A stretch of DNA of 63,632 nucleotides, filler included, from Collodictyon triciliatum (GCA_043381765.1; 14 parts of 14 records of this genome joined end to end with filler, not necessarily neighbours in it), one strand, 5' to 3'; shown: positions 12,513-27,370, counted from the first letter of the whole stretch. The notes: generated from the letters alone by a model not told the origin. A program made the numbers and translations.

Positions 12513-13547
12513 TTAGGAGGCGACTTTCTACGATCGTATATTTATACGGGAGGGACTTCTCAACAAAATATCTGATAAGAATGAAGACGTTCGTTCGTAT
12601 CGATATTTCTTTTTGTTCTCAGACTCTTTAATAATCACATCCTTGATGAACCACCGCAAATCCCCCTTCAAAGTAAAATTCTAATCAATTTAGTTTAACA
12701 TCCTTTTTTATGGATATAATTATCTTTTCATACTTATATTTTCATTTCTAACAAATCTGTGTGGAAAACAAACCAACGAACTTAATTTAAAGGTTGTTCA
12801 AGAATTGCGCCTCAGCGAAATTCTTATTCAAACACATCCTGATACTCCAAGTATTTGGCGCATATTATATAATTAGCCGTCCATGTACACCCCTTTACCT
12901 ACTGTAAATCAGTTGTTTTTTTTTTTCAACAAAATTAAAAAAAGTATTGTTTTAACAGAGAATAACATTATTAGAACTCAAAAATATATTTGCTATTGTG
13001 ACGAACGGGACCAGTCCTCCTGAAAGGTTTTTAGCCACCACTGCTCACGAAAGGGATGAATGGATTAAAGAAATTAAGGTGATATTCATTTGTTAACTTG
13101 GGAGATTATTTTAAATTGGCTCTTGAAAACATTCAATGTGTCGTAGCTCCTTATGTGAATGTTTATTTTTCTTTTTAAAGAAATATGAGAAAAGATGAAT
13201 TTAATGCAAATGCTGAGATTTACATCAATCACTGAATTTTTTTTTGTTTTTATTGTCAATTTAATAATAGAATGCCATCGCAAAGCATATGAAGAAAACT
13301 TCCTCCACTGGCTCTGACAGAGGTGAATCCAGCCGCGACCAGTCGAAGATTTTGAGCAACTTTAGAAAGCTAAAAGTGATTATATTCATATTTGTTTTGA
13401 AATTTTAGTGGGACATACCTCAATCACCTTTTTAGGCTGTTTCATGAACATCTTAAATGAACTGTCGAAGCTCAATCACATATCACTTTGTATTTTATCA
13501 GAGCAATGCCTTCATGTCACGTAAAACTATTCAAGAGTCTAAATTGG
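9341..13547 (+). CDS. Dbl-family RhoGEF (Pro-rich N-terminus, IQ-like motif, DH-PH), multi-exon, partial
   Basis: IKVIQKWYRK (IQ-like); DH: IKDVIELERNYVKNL, EIEIIFMHID, SLSEIFLDF, EYFVYTENYPRA; PH: RIFIREGLL..RYFFLFSD, HERDEWIKEIK; GT-AG introns. Confidence 0.85.
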
Positions 13548-16500
13548 TACTGTCAAGCTCCATTTATTAGAATTTTGACATATGATTTCACCACTTCAGA
13601 ATAATCCCTGTTTTCTTTTTCTCTTTCTTTTTCTCTTTCTTTTTCTCTTTCTTTTTCTCTTTCTTTTTCTCTTTCTTTTTCTCTTTCTTTTTCTCTTTCT
13701 TTTTCTCTTTCTTTTTCTCTTTCNNNNNNNNNNNNNNNNNNNNNNNNNNNNNNNNNNNNNNNNNNNNTTAATTAATTAANNNNNNNNNNNNNNNNNNNNN
13801 NNNNNNNNNNNNNNNNNNNNNNNTTTTTATTTTTCATAACTATCCAACATCATAGTATTTTTCAAAAAATTGAATCAAAAAATAACATGGCTTATTTATT
13901 AATGAGGACCCCCCCCCCCCCGTTATTGATGACATTTTTTTCTGTTCAAATCGATACAAGAATAAAAGTCTCTCCTAGGATAGTATTCATATTTCATAGT
14001 CAATTTTTTTTTGAAAATTTAATTATGTATTTGTCTGGAAATAGGAGACGCCTTATTGAAGTTTTGAACTAGATTAACTTCAAGGATTTTTTTTTGCATA
14101 ACCTTCAATTATGTAATGAACTAATTAAATGGTTTCCCATAGAGTTAATAAATATCATATTTAATTCAATTTAATGCGTTTGTAAAGTTAACAATAGTGG
14201 TTGCTCCAGAAAATATAAACATTCTGTCAAAAAAAAAAAAAAGAAAGAGTGCATTTCACATAAAGGATACGACTATGTAACGCAAGATGACGTAAGAGTG
14301 ATATCAAAGCATGTGTCTTTCGAATACTGTTTCCATATTTCTCAAGTAAATATGCCTAAATCCAGTCTGATTTTCGAGTTATCTTTGAAGCGTGGTTATT
14401 TTGATGGTTTTGAATAAATGATCAGACTGGGTGCCATAATTCAAGGCTGGGTGGATTCAAATACAAATATTTCAACATAAAATTTTCATAATGCTAAGAT
14501 GAAGGAATTGATTGAAAAAACAAGAAAAAATACACCAAAGCGGCTATGTGGTTTCTTGTGTTTCCTCAGTTGGCATGGATAGCAACTATGTATGTCTGCA
14601 ATTTTAATAATTACAGATTCAGATTAATTCAGAAAAAGTTAGAAAAATTCATCATGAAAAGAAATTGACCTGTCCTTATATGTAAAGTAGGTCATGTTGG
14701 AGATATACTGAAATACAGTGGATTTGCACTTAAATTGCTAAAATCAAAAAAAAAAGCAAATCTGTTTATGATATTAAAACATAAATGACTGATTTTCAAA
14801 ACATATCACATGCATCCAGAGAAAAAATTAGATCGTAAAATTGCAAGTGTAAATTATTTTTATGCACGCATGGCATCGAAAGATCTAGGTTTGCTTCTTA
14901 ATTTAAAAAAGTTATAGTCCAGTGGTATAGCTGATATTAAAATATGGGATTATGTACTGAGAGATAAGAAGTACTTGCAGAAAAGAGCATACTCGTCTGC
15001 GACATCAGCCTTTCATTTTGTAATCCCGATTCAAAAAATGGACATATTTGACTCACTTTTCTGCGTTTTTTTATTTTGAGCAGGTGATTTTGGAAGTCTG
15101 CAAGCATCCAATTCATACGAGGATAAATTAAGCGGAGAAAAACTAGGTAATTTACATAAGACGAAAACGTCCGAAAGAATTGTAAAGAAAATTTTCAGCT
15201 TCCTATAAAGTAAATACGATGTGTTGGAGTGAGGTCTCGAACAATGAGTACGTGAATTAGCACCAGTGCGTTTTTTGCATTCCCCCCTGAGTAGGAAAAA
15301 GAATAGTGTGCTGATACAGCTCTCTTTTCCTTTATGTTTGATTTTCGTAAAAACTCTTCTACAACTAAGCATCGGTTTTGTACTTTATTTTCAAATTTAT
15401 GGGGAAAAATGAATGAAAATTAAGAGCAGTTCACTTACTACAGATTAATATAGAATAAAGTACTCATGTTTGTACTTTTCCTATAAAATAGAATATCGAA
15501 TTACTTTCAAAATACCAAATTTGCAAGTATAAATGCATTTCATAAAGTTGCTTCCCTTCCAGAAGGTACTCCTGAAAAGCAGTAAAGGTCATCATGAACA
15601 GGGCGATTACATGAGAAAATTATTCATGCATATCATATATGCTCTTTATACCGCACTGCATGCCTTCATCGCGAAACTGTAGATCTGCTACATACTTATC
15701 TGATGAGAAAGAAATACATCTGTGGATGATTCTTGATTATAACTGAAACAAAATGAATAGTTTGGGTAACAAGTATCCGCCAATATTTTGGTATAAATTC
15801 GATGATCTATTAAAAAAAAGCCTTTCATCTTCAGGAGGCTGGAATTGTCGATCCCAAATTTCTAATATTATAATATCAATATTTTTCTGAAGATATAAAT
15901 ATGGATGAAGAAGTACTCACTCGCACTTATAATAGAATCCTGCAAGCATACTATTCGCTGTTGGAACTTCACCTCACGCCATCAGGAAATATAGGAGCTG
16001 CCTATCTACCATGTTCTCATTATTCCTCCGTGTAGTAGATGCAAACAGTACCCCATTCCGACAAAATTTGTCATATGTCCCAATAGTTTTAATTGCAATT
16101 ACGTTTCATCGGTAACATGACGATTTTATTTACTTTCTGTTATAATGTGATTAGAATATCAAAGTAAGAGTGTTTAAGAATGATAATAACATATATTCGA
16201 CTCCTTAAAGTAATTAGAGTGAGGTATTGATGGAAGCGAAACCCGAGCCTTAACAAAGAGAAAATATAAAGTTTGAATAGTTTGCATATTCTATTTTTAA
16301 GATGGATTTATTACTGCCAAGGAATGTTCATGTGTTTGATTTTACATTGATTCGGTCTCATTTATTAGAATTATATATTTTTAGAATAATGTCAATTCTA
16401 GTTCAAGTATGTTCACAATGTCATACCCATCTTTTAGGAGAATTTTTCATCATATTGAGGGCAATCAGAAGAATATGGAGCTATCTCATAAACATATTGT

Positions 16501-18670
16501 TAGACTATTAGAATGACTTTTCAATTATTATGATTATTATTTGGTCATGGTGGTGTGATAGAGTAGCTAGATTTGATTTAGGTATTTTTTCCTTGAAAGT
16601 ATTCACGTTCGTATTAGCTTTTCTTTATACGGAAAGCAGTTTTTATCTTCCTGGAAAAAGTAACTCATAGAGTCTACCATCAATAATACGTGTATGTGAC
16701 CCAAGTTAGATTTATGGTTGGGTAGCAAGTTAAAATTATCCTCAGGGTTATGTTCGTAATACAAATCTAAAATGAAATGATTGAATTGACAATCCAGTAA
16801 ATTTTAATCAGATTTTCTTAATGTTCGAAAAACTAGACACTAGCATGTATTTTTTGGAATGAATCATTATGAAGAAGAAAAAGCTTACTGTTGCAAATTT
16901 CAACAATAAAGTGTCTTTCGTTTCCTTTTCTCCTCTTTCAGCAGAGCCATGAATTAATAATATCTTATATGTACCCTACGACAATATTTAATAGAAAGGG
17001 AATATCAAGAGTGTAAAATTAGTATAACTTGTAATTTTTTTATTATGTTTCAGTTCGTGAAAGATGGGGGGTTAGGCATTTGTCCGTATAGTATTATTTA
17101 CATACTTGAAAAAATTATTCCAGCATTAGTTATAAACATGTCTCATTAGGAATGTCATTTTTAAACTTGGATGCTTGTGGTACAGTTGTTTGGTTGAAGC
17201 TTCATGCTGGGCGACTCTTTTCGAACTATTTATGCCAACTGTCATTCATTTACAAAATCGCCAGCAGAAATATAAGTCGAATGGGATCCCAAAGAAAACT
17301 ATCATTAGATAATATCATTGTTCTTCTTACTGGCACAACTTAAACAGGTGTAGCTGTAAGAAATATGCATGTAGCTCGGTTCGATATAAAAAACCACAGT
17401 CACATACCGGATGTGACCAGGTGGATGAAATCTATTTCGAAGTTAAATAACAACTCACTATATATGAATTGCAAATCTTAAAAAATCCAGAACTTTGCTT
17501 GTTTTATGACTGTGTAGATTTAAGGCTCTTTTTCAGCGGCGGTGTTTATACGTGCGTGTAGTGATAAAAAATGCTTTAAGCTTAAAAGGAATTATGCTTT
17601 TAAATTTTCTAGTATGAAACAGAAAAACCCTCTGCATTTCTATTGAAAAAAAAAGGCATTCTAATGTGGTACAATCTCATTACTTGGAAATAGAATGACA
17701 AATGATGGGGTTTCCTTTACAATAGAGGCAGTCCCTCTATCTGAGGTTCTCCAGAGTTGCCATAGTTCACCATATTTTTATTTGATAGGTCATAAAGTAT
17801 AGTGTTATAGATTTCTGGCGATATTCGTACGGGAAAAACATCTTATTACCCTCATGTGTATGCTTCGGTGTGTAAATAACAATTTAGGCGTGATTTTTGT
17901 GATAATAATAAATGTGAATGAATGGGTAATCGTAGAACGAGGTAATTTCTTAACCTTTACTCATGATGCAGGCATTAGGACACAATGGAACATCACAGGA
18001 GTAAAATACATACTAAATACAAATAGATACCCTTGAGTATGATTTTGGGGGCGGTAGGACTAAGGAAAGAGATGAGGTAAACTTGATACCAAATGTCGCG
18101 GGATAATTCTGTGAAAAGTGTGGGGTGAATAAAGCCATTCAATCTGAAATCGAAACTACCGCAAATATAGTAATTTTAATACCAAAAGGTAAAAATACAA
18201 AGAGAAGAAAAGAAAAGAAAGAAAAAAAGAAAAGAAAGAAAAGAAAGAAAAGAAAGAAAAGAAAGAAAAGAAAGAAAAGAAAAGAAAAGAAAAGAAAAGA
18301 AAAGAAAAGAAAAGAAAAGAAAAGAANNNNNNNNNNNNNNNNNNNNNNNNNNNNNNNNNNNNNNNNNNNNTTAATTAATTAANNNNNNNNNNNNNNNNNN
18401 NNNNNNNNNNNNNNNNNNNNNNNNNNATTATCATTATCATTATCATTATCATTATCATTATCATTATCATTATCATTATCATTATCATTATCATTATCAT
18501 TATCATTATCATTATCATTATCATTATCATTATCATTATCATTAATCATTATCATTAATCATTAATCATTATCATTATCATTAATCATTAATCATTAATC
18601 ATTAATCATTATCATTATCATTATCATTATCAGAGATATTAAATAATTAACTATTATGGTGCATAAACAG

Positions 18671-21600
18671 AATAATTCATGCCCAATTGTTGGAATTTCA
18701 ATGCCAGAAAACAACCTTACTGGTGACATAAATAAAGCATGCTCAATTATGCAGAATTTTCCATTTTTATCTATATTGGATTTCAGTCACAATTCAATAT
18801 ATGGAGCCTTACCAGACTTCAATCTCCAAAGCATCGCTTTTTTGGTACTTTATTTGAATGAAATAACCGGGACAATATCTGATTTCCAAGGAATGCCAAG
18901 TATCATTCATCTAGAAATAGATGGAAATTCCTTAGAAGGTTCTGTTCCTGATTTTTCGGGAATGCACCTTATATCTACATTATATGTAGGTGCAAGTGAA
19001 AAAATATCAGGTAACTTTGGGGTTTTATGGATCAATATTTTATATAATTCAATTATTTTTGGGTAAAACGTTTACTAACTTCTTATGAAGGAACTTTACC
19101 TGATTTCTCTGGAATGGTCAATATTGAGACATTGTCAATTTATGAAAGCAAAATTTATGGCAAGTACACCTTAAAAATGAATACTAGTGAATTTATCAAT
19201 TAATAACCAGAATTTTTTTTAGCAAACATTCCAAAATTCAAGAACATTCCGTGTGTCAAAGAGATTGACCTTCAATCAAATCATCTAACTGGTGAGCTAC
19301 TTTTTACATTCGTACTTTGAATCCTATTCTAAATGGTTCTTGTAGGGACAGTTACAGACTTCGAATACATTCCGAACGTTCTATACATTTTCCTTTTAAG
19401 CAACAAACTGACTGGTTAATAAATTATGACAAAATATTATAAACCATATCTCTGTTTATTTTCATTGTGCCTTGGACCCGAATATAATGTCTTTTAAATA
19501 TTTTTAATTTATGAAACACAGGAACTTTACCCAATTTTAGTTCCATAAAAAATATTGAAAGATTTTCATTCTACGGGAATCAATTAAACGGTGAGATGAT
19601 AATAGCTATGATGCTGATAATGAATTAAGGGTAAAAAAGCTATGACATTGATTTAAATTCTTTCTAATAACGTGTGATAGGAACAATTCCAAATTTCAAT
19701 AACATTCCGAATGTTGCATCTATAAATCTATCCGGAAATCAATTTACTGGTGAGTCCTAGAAGCAAATAATTATTAATTTATTTTCATGTTACTAAATAA
19801 ATCCTGCAGGAACAATTCCAAACTTGAATTTTATACCCAAAATTCGAAAAATTCTGCTATTCGAAAACTACTTACATGGTTTGTTTATACAAATTATCTA
19901 ATTTTAGGACCAGTACTCAAAATAAACACTGTAGGCTCTATTCCAAGATTGGATGTAATCCCAAATGTCGAATGGATTTACTTGTATGGGAATCAATTGA
20001 ATGGTAAGCCTAAAAAATCCGTATTGGCAAAAGTAGAACAAGACTATAACTTTAATATCTAGGTTCGATTCCAGATCTTAGCCAAGCAGTGCAACTTACG
20101 CATATCTACCTTGATGACAATCGCTTGACAGGTTAGTTGAGCTTTATAGATATGAAAGGGTTATTGACCAAAATACATTATAGGTAGTATTATGGACACA
20201 TCCGCCCTTTATAAAGCCGAAATTTTTTCCGTTTCGATTAACGAAATCGAGGGGACTATTCCAGTTTTCAAAAATTGGATGAGCCTGAGAAAAATTATAC
20301 TATTTCGTAACTATTTATCGGGCACCCTTCCTTTATTCAACCTAGCATGTGTTACTACATTTGATGCCAGCGAAAACAAAATAACGGGGCCTTTGATGGG
20401 TGAATGGGAGTTTCCATCGATTGAATATCTGGACTTATCTAGGAACAATATGAATGGAACAGTACCAATTTTTTTTGAAAGTTTCTGTAAACTGAAATCA
20501 TTAACTTTATCACAAAATGAATTTTCTGGTAGTTTACCCGATGGATTTTGGAATCTACCTAATTTGGTCAGTTTGGATTTAAGAAGCAATATTTTCTCAG
20601 GGGATATTGGTACATTCATTGTGCCTGCCACAGACAAGTATAGCTATTTCTATGAAACCCTTTTGCTTGATTACAACGAAATATACGGAGAACTGGGGTG
20701 GAGGGTTTTTGATTTTTCAGAAAGGATAAAAAAATTAAGCCTGAAAGGTAATAAAATAACAAGACTTGGTGAACTCACTGCTTTCTTGGAAATTAATTAT
20801 CTTGAACTATCAGAGAATCCTATTGTTGGAAGTATTCCAGAATCCTATAGTAAATTCTCAAAGCTGGAGTATTTAAATTTCAAAGATACGTTGATGAATC
20901 ATGGACAATCTAATTTTTTACCTGGTTTTATGAATTACACCACAAAATATAACTTAGAGGATGAAAACAAGCTCTACATATGTCCTTCTATTGGTTCAAA
21001 ATCAGGACTAATTGAATTAGTCGTTGAAATGAATCCCATATATTATAGTTATGAGCTTTGCAAATGCTTGCCGGGATATTTTGGATATAGGAATAAATGT
21101 ACTCTATGTCCCAGAGAATGCAAATGTTTAGATGGTGTAACTTTGGAGTATTGTTATGCCTCTCCGAATGTGAATAGATTGAAATCTATTCTTCCATGTC
21201 CAAACCCTGAATCATGCAGAGTGGAAATACCTCATAAGGTCTCAAGATCCAATACAACTACCAAAATTGTTCGCTTTTGTGAGCGTGGGTATGAAGACCG
21301 CGCTTGCTCGAAATGTAAAAATGGATACGGAAGCAAAGGGAGGTCATGTTATGAATGCAATAAAGCAGTCTTATATTCATCTTTGATTCTTGGTTTGACA
21401 GGATTTTCAGTTTTTATAGGCTATATGTACCTTTCTGAAACATCAAAGTCAGGTGATTCCCTTACAAAAATGCTAACTATTACCATGTCATCTATATGTG
21501 GGAGTTAAAAATTTACTCGTATTTTTTTTTCCAGCGAAACTTCGAATCGCTATGTTTCATATGCAAACCCTATCCATCATATCATCTGGGCTGGTTCAAA

Positions 21601-22735
21601 CGGAGGATGCAACCAACTTTATAGAAATATTGTCTTCAATAAGCTCGGTTCAGTTTCCAAATCTTTCATGTGTGCTCGGATTGAATGACGCGTTTGATTC
21701 ACTCCTTTTCAGTTTCTCCAGAATACCAGCTTTTATAATGGCCGGCCTAGTCATGTATTTTTTCGGATATGGACATACGCGCAATAAGGTAAGATTAGAC
21801 TCTGTAAATTGCTGAGAAATTATTAACATATTTCTAAAAATGAAAATCACAATAGGCTGTTTTTATCACCTTGAACTTGCTGTTCTTCATATACTACTCG
21901 GTTTCAAGGGAAGTTTTTGGTGTATTTGGGTGTACTGTTTATGATTCTGGGGAGAATTCGTGGTATCTGAACTATCTTCCTTGGATTCGATGCAGTCCTG
22001 CTTCGGATGAATATCTCAAATTGGTCTCCATTTCACTTCCAGTTTTCGTCCTTTACATGATTGGACTACCATTATTTATTCGATGGAAAGTTAAAATTAT
22101 GATAGAAAAACCCGGGTACGAACCAGGAGCACGATATGGATTCCTTTATTTGCCCTATAAAGAGGTCTTTTAAAATTTTTGATATTTTTCCTTTGCCGTT
22201 TAGATACTCATATTATATTGAATTATAAATTCTCAAACCCATTCTAGAGCTTCCGTTTCTGGGAATTCGTTATAATTACACGCCGCATTGCTTTTTCATT
22301 CATCCTTAGTGTGGTTCCCTACACTAGCCCATCCATTTTCTTTCTGATGCTTGTCATAGTAATTCAGGTTTTAAATTGAATTCAATTATGAAATTAAGAA
22401 TTTCAGGACTAAATATCTTTTTAAAAATGATGCAGGGTTCCATCTGGATGCAAAAAGAATACAAGCCATACCAATCAAAAATTGAGAATCAAATGGAACT
22501 ATCTAGTTTATATGTTATATTTGTCTCCTTTTTTCTTGCCCTTTTATCAACGCTACTGGGCTCACAGATTTGGATAACCATCACACTCATTGGAATGAAT
22601 TCAATATGGCTTTTTTATTTCGCTGGTATCGCATTTGTTGCCCCAATTTTTCAGGATGGTCATTTGAAGCGAAAGTTAACTGAGATGAAGCATTTAAAAG
22701 ATAGGAATAAATCATTCGATCCTTTCTCCCAATAA
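18671..22735 (+). CDS. Extracellular LRR + Cys-rich + multi-transmembrane receptor-like protein, 5' partial
   Basis: Plant-type LRRs (LxxLxLxxNxLxGxIP), Cys-rich segment (CKCLPGYFG..CERGYEDRACSKC), then hydrophobic helices with RYGFLYLPYKE..FWEFVIITRR; exons reconstruct in frame. Confidence 0.9.
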
Positions 22736-22835
22736 ACTGAGACCTTCTCAGCCTCTTCTTTTTTAAAAAATTAACGTAAGTTACTAGAAAATAATTTGAG
22801 CTAACCTTCTTGGAAAACCTATCCCATGTATTTTG

Positions 22836-22929
<94 letters not shown>

Positions 22930-23339
22930 NNNNNNNNNNNNNNNNNNNNNNNNNNNNNNNNNNNNNNNNNNNNTTAATTAATTAANNNNNNNNNNNNNNN
23001 NNNNNNNNNNNNNNNNNNNNNNNNNNNNNTAATTTTCATAAGAAATGCAAGCGAGGAAGCATATCCAATACCGTGAGATGAATGGATACTCAGGGCGAGA
23101 ACCGTACGGACCGTACAAGCCAGTCAGAGTCAAACACCTTGTTCAGCCGCTTTAGTGCAACATCTGACATCAGGGAGCGAATATAAAATCTACCTTTTTT
23201 TTTTTTATGAGAGCATACAAGCGCACTGATTGCAAATATATCGGATAAGGGAACGGAACTGTGGTGAAAATCGAAGCATCCAGCGCGGGGTGAAGCTACA
23301 AGAGAAGTCTGGCTGAATCATCTGGAAAGTAATGAACAC

Positions 23340-26300
23340 AGGAGACGAAAACTAAGAGTGATAGTGCGACCTAGCGAGTCAACAAATGACAAAACCGAAC
23401 TCGGAGGATGAGGCACTTTCCTTAGAAGGCGCGAAACTGAAGTTTGATGTGCGATTATACACGCCCTCACATAAACAAATGGAAACATTAGAAGGGGCGA
23501 GGAGTTATGTTATTCTAAAACATTCAAGAACTTCTCTACCCAAAGACTGAGCGATACTGAAGTCTGAAAGATCATTAAAAAAATACTAACGGATTAAGAA
23601 GACAGAGTACCAAGAAGGAAACGCAGCGCAGCCTCAGGCCCCGTAGAACACAAGCCCAAAGGCAAAGACGAGTTTAATACTAACTACGGGGGAGAGGTTG
23701 ACACGGGACCCGGCCCGCCGGATCTAGCGACACCGCAGCCCGAACCCTACTTAAGTCCTAACCCGAGCCACAAGACCAGGGAAGAACGAGAACCCAATAG
23801 CCTCAAGCCCCAGGTGCTTTGAATGAGGAGATGCCAACAAGTAAATTCACAAGGTGCTCAACCGAAAGTTTGGAGTTCGAACTCAGGCAAATATAATGAG
23901 GCAGAGAATGAGAGACCACCAACACTCCACAACCTAGTACAAGAAAGCACAGCAAACAAATACAAATACGACGACTAAGTAGCAGCGAAAGTAAGACAAT
24001 GGCTTCAAAAACCCCTAGAAGAGGGAAAACACGAAGCTACAGAGAACAGGAAGAAAACAATTGGAATCCCAAGTCATAAAATAAGAAAGGATTCTCAACA
24101 AGATATAGATACTCAGATCGGAGAGTACCTTAACGAAGTCAAAGTAAGTGAGTAGCTAGACATCACTAATCTGGTAAATGTGATATATGGTGGCCAGCTG
24201 ACTTACCAAATACTCGCCTAAAGCAAAACCCAAATAGTGGATTGGTTGAAACATCTTAATAATAAGATAAAAAATCTGCAAGAAATCATCTAAATCCTAG
24301 ACTGAAAAATAGGTAACCAAATAAGTGGCAATAGGCAATGGAAAAGGACCAAATATATTGCGAGAGAGAAAGGTGGAAAACCAACAGTAAACGGAGACCT
24401 TCGAATCATAAGAAGCAGATATGAATAAAAATAGCAACTATCCAAATATGTATTGAAAACTCGATCAAGAGAATAGAATTTTCGAAAGAAATATTATTAT
24501 TCGATACATATAGACCCAGGTTCTACAGGAACCTCCAGGGGCAAAACTCTGTGGTCCAGAGATGTTGAACAGAGACAATGAAGTCCTCAGATTTTGGGAG
24601 AATCAGTGGAGAGGCTCCGAAAGACAAGCTGAATGGGACGGCCCACTGGACTTCCAAACGCAAGTAAGGGGGAGAGAATCCTGGAGCCTACCAGAGGAAA
24701 TGTGGATGGGAGTTATATGAGTCCTCACTGACTGGAAAACAGCTGGACCTGACCTGATACACAGCCTTTTCACCAAGAGACTTACAGTTACAATATCTTA
24801 CCTTAGAGAAGTCATGAATAGAGCAATAAAAAAACTTGAGGAATTACCAAGATAGTTTTTGCAGGAAGTAGCTACCTTATTCCAAAGAAAATTTTAGTGA
24901 ACGACCCATCGCAATTCAGACCAATTGCTTGCATAATCAACCTCTATAAGCTATTTACACTTGCCCTGACATGCAGACTCTCTGAACACCTATAGTTGAA
25001 CAAAATAATGTCGGAGAACCAAATAAGTTAAGGAAGGGAATCCAAATAGTCAAAGAACAAGCCCTTTTTGACAGAGCAATAAGTTATCAACGCGTACATA
25101 AGCTGCTCACAATGGCTAGATGTACAGAAAGCCTATAGTTCAGTCAGCCACGAGTACCTACTAAAAACACAAACAAACTCTGAGCACCTACCCATATAAC
25201 ACAATTCATGGAGAACGCAACAAATAGGTAAAAATTCAACTAAACCCACCTAGGAAAATGTCAGTAAAGGCTGAAGTGAAACAAGGTGATTGCAAGGAGA
25301 TATTTATCATCCCTACTTTTCATTCTGATTATGGAACTTATCACAAGATATAGAATCCATCGAAGTACCAAAAACAATCATCAACAGCGAGCAACAAGAA
25401 AAGAAGCTAAAAATCCGCTATTTGTGTATGATATTAAGTTTTATGAACCCACCAAAGAGGAATTAGAGACACTGCTAGAAATTACAGTCAGCGAGCTAAA
25501 GAAATTAGAGCTTGTAAGAAATAAATGGAAATCAGCGACACAATACCAGACCGACTCCCTCCACGCCTAGGAGATTGAACAAGATGGAACAAATAGATGC
25601 CTATTAGTATACAAAGACCAAGGAAACCAAATAGCAAAAACGATAAAGACATGTACTCAAGAAGAGATGCACGAACGAATCAAAAATATGCGAAACAAAC
25701 CTAAATACAAAATACCCCTTCTAAGCAATCAATTAGTTTTGCCTTTTCATTACTAAACTACTGCATCGGTCTGGTCTACTATAGCATGGATGAATTCAGA
25801 GAGATGGAGTCAAATGTACGAAACTTCCTTAGGAGCGAGAAAGTCTACTTTAAATCTGCAAGCACCTAAAGACTATATCTGCTCAGAAATGAAAGTAGAA
25901 GAGGATTTGCTAGCACTGAACACAAGTCAGAAAGATTATTCATTAACTTCCACCGGTACCTCAGCAATATCTCGATGAACTACGGAAAACATCTATCCTT
26001 ATGATATAGAAAAGGAAATATCTCGACCGCTCAAATTGAGGAAATACTAGCAGCTAAATACCCGAGGATTGACCTCAACAAGTTTAGTAACACGGAGCTA
26101 CAAAACGCTCAAGTTCAGCACCTAAAAGGAAGCAACAGTAAGAAAACACTTCACTTTCCATTCTATGAATCTCTAGAGGAAGAGAACATCCAAAAGAAAG
26201 AATTAAACAAATGGCTGAAGAAAGGTATTGGTTCCCCGAGGAAAGTAGCTACATGCTTCGCCCTACAAGATTACAACGTATTCTTAAATAAAATAGCAAA

Positions 26301-26892
26301 ATACGAGGCTTTAAAAATACAAAGGAGCCTTCCCCACGAAGGAGTAGCATGCACTCTAGATCCACCATACTTCACCAGACGCCATAATGAAGTAGTCCAA
26401 TGCACCCGCAAACACTTAACCCTCAAATACAACTTCTCGAAATACAAAAGACACAAAATTGAAAAAGTAACAGCAAACCAATACGCCACGATACACTCTG
26501 GCTGTAATTTTGACCCCGAATTCCAGACAACGGGTATTAGACCTGACTTAGAAGTCCACGATAAGATTTGCAAACCCATCACATAATTGATGTAGCAGTA
26601 GTGATGCCAGTAAACCAAGCCAAAAAAGAACAAAGATACGTGAGCAAGTATGAGACCCTAAGGAGAGACCTAGCCTAGAAACATCATGCGAAAACAGTGG
26701 TGCTGCCTTACATCATCTCCTGGGACGGTCATGTCACCAAGAAAAACCCCGGATATCAGACACATACTAGATATAACTAATAAAGTACACGCATATATCC
26801 AAAAAGTAATGATGAGAAAAACTATGGATATTGAATCCAGAACATTCAACCGCGAAAATGAATGGAAAAATGGGAAAAAGACGAAGACATAA
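23340..26892 (+). mobile_element. Degraded non-LTR retrotransposon with RT and restriction-like endonuclease (R4/NeSL/R2-type)
   Basis: RFYRNLQ; WKTAGPD; QFRPIACIINLYK; WLDVQKAY.SVSHEYL; QGDILSSLLFILIME; LFVYDIKFY (decayed xMDD); RRHNEVV; RPDL; KYETL; PYIISWDG. Many stops and frameshifts. Confidence 0.85.
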
Positions 26893-27148
26893 TCGCCAAT
26901 AGATTACCCAGACTATAAAGCAACGTTCCCAACGAACAACTCCACAAATTCCAATTCTCTCCAGATGAGTCATTAAAGCTTATTTACCAGAATCAATGAG
27001 ATATTAACCTCCACAAGATTAACAGAATAAATTGAAAGTCTTTCCATTACCACGCAAGAGAAATATTAGAGTTTATTTTCCACATGTAGTTATTGTACAA
27101 GAAAAACCAAGAACCAACGAACAATCCATTTTTCATTCTGCTTTCTCC

Positions 27149-27370
27149 AGGGTTTCTGGCTTCGGAATTTCTTCCGCTCTCCAACCGCCTGGCGACTATC
27201 GCACAAAGACTTTCGATGCAAAAGGTCAACTTTCAGTACGACCAAGCTCAAACCGGTGAATTTTCAAGGAAGCACAAGCACATGAGTTCTGCACAAGTTG
27301 TCTTCTCGGAAAATCCGCCGGCCTTTGTGAGACACTTAACCCTTGACCCAGTCGATGTCTCTGCTGCCGT
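27149..27370 (+). CDS. Isolated exon, possibly SCAR/WAVE-homology-like
   Basis: After a CAG acceptor: GFLASEFLPLSNRLATIAQRLS..SSAQVVFSENPPAFV, loosely like the WAVE N-terminal domain. Confidence 0.25.

Noticed and set aside
13824-18326. Weak ankyrin-like (~14380) and CUB/EGF-like (~17950-18180, minus strand) fragments
   Set aside because: Too short and degraded to call; no coherent gene model on this contig.
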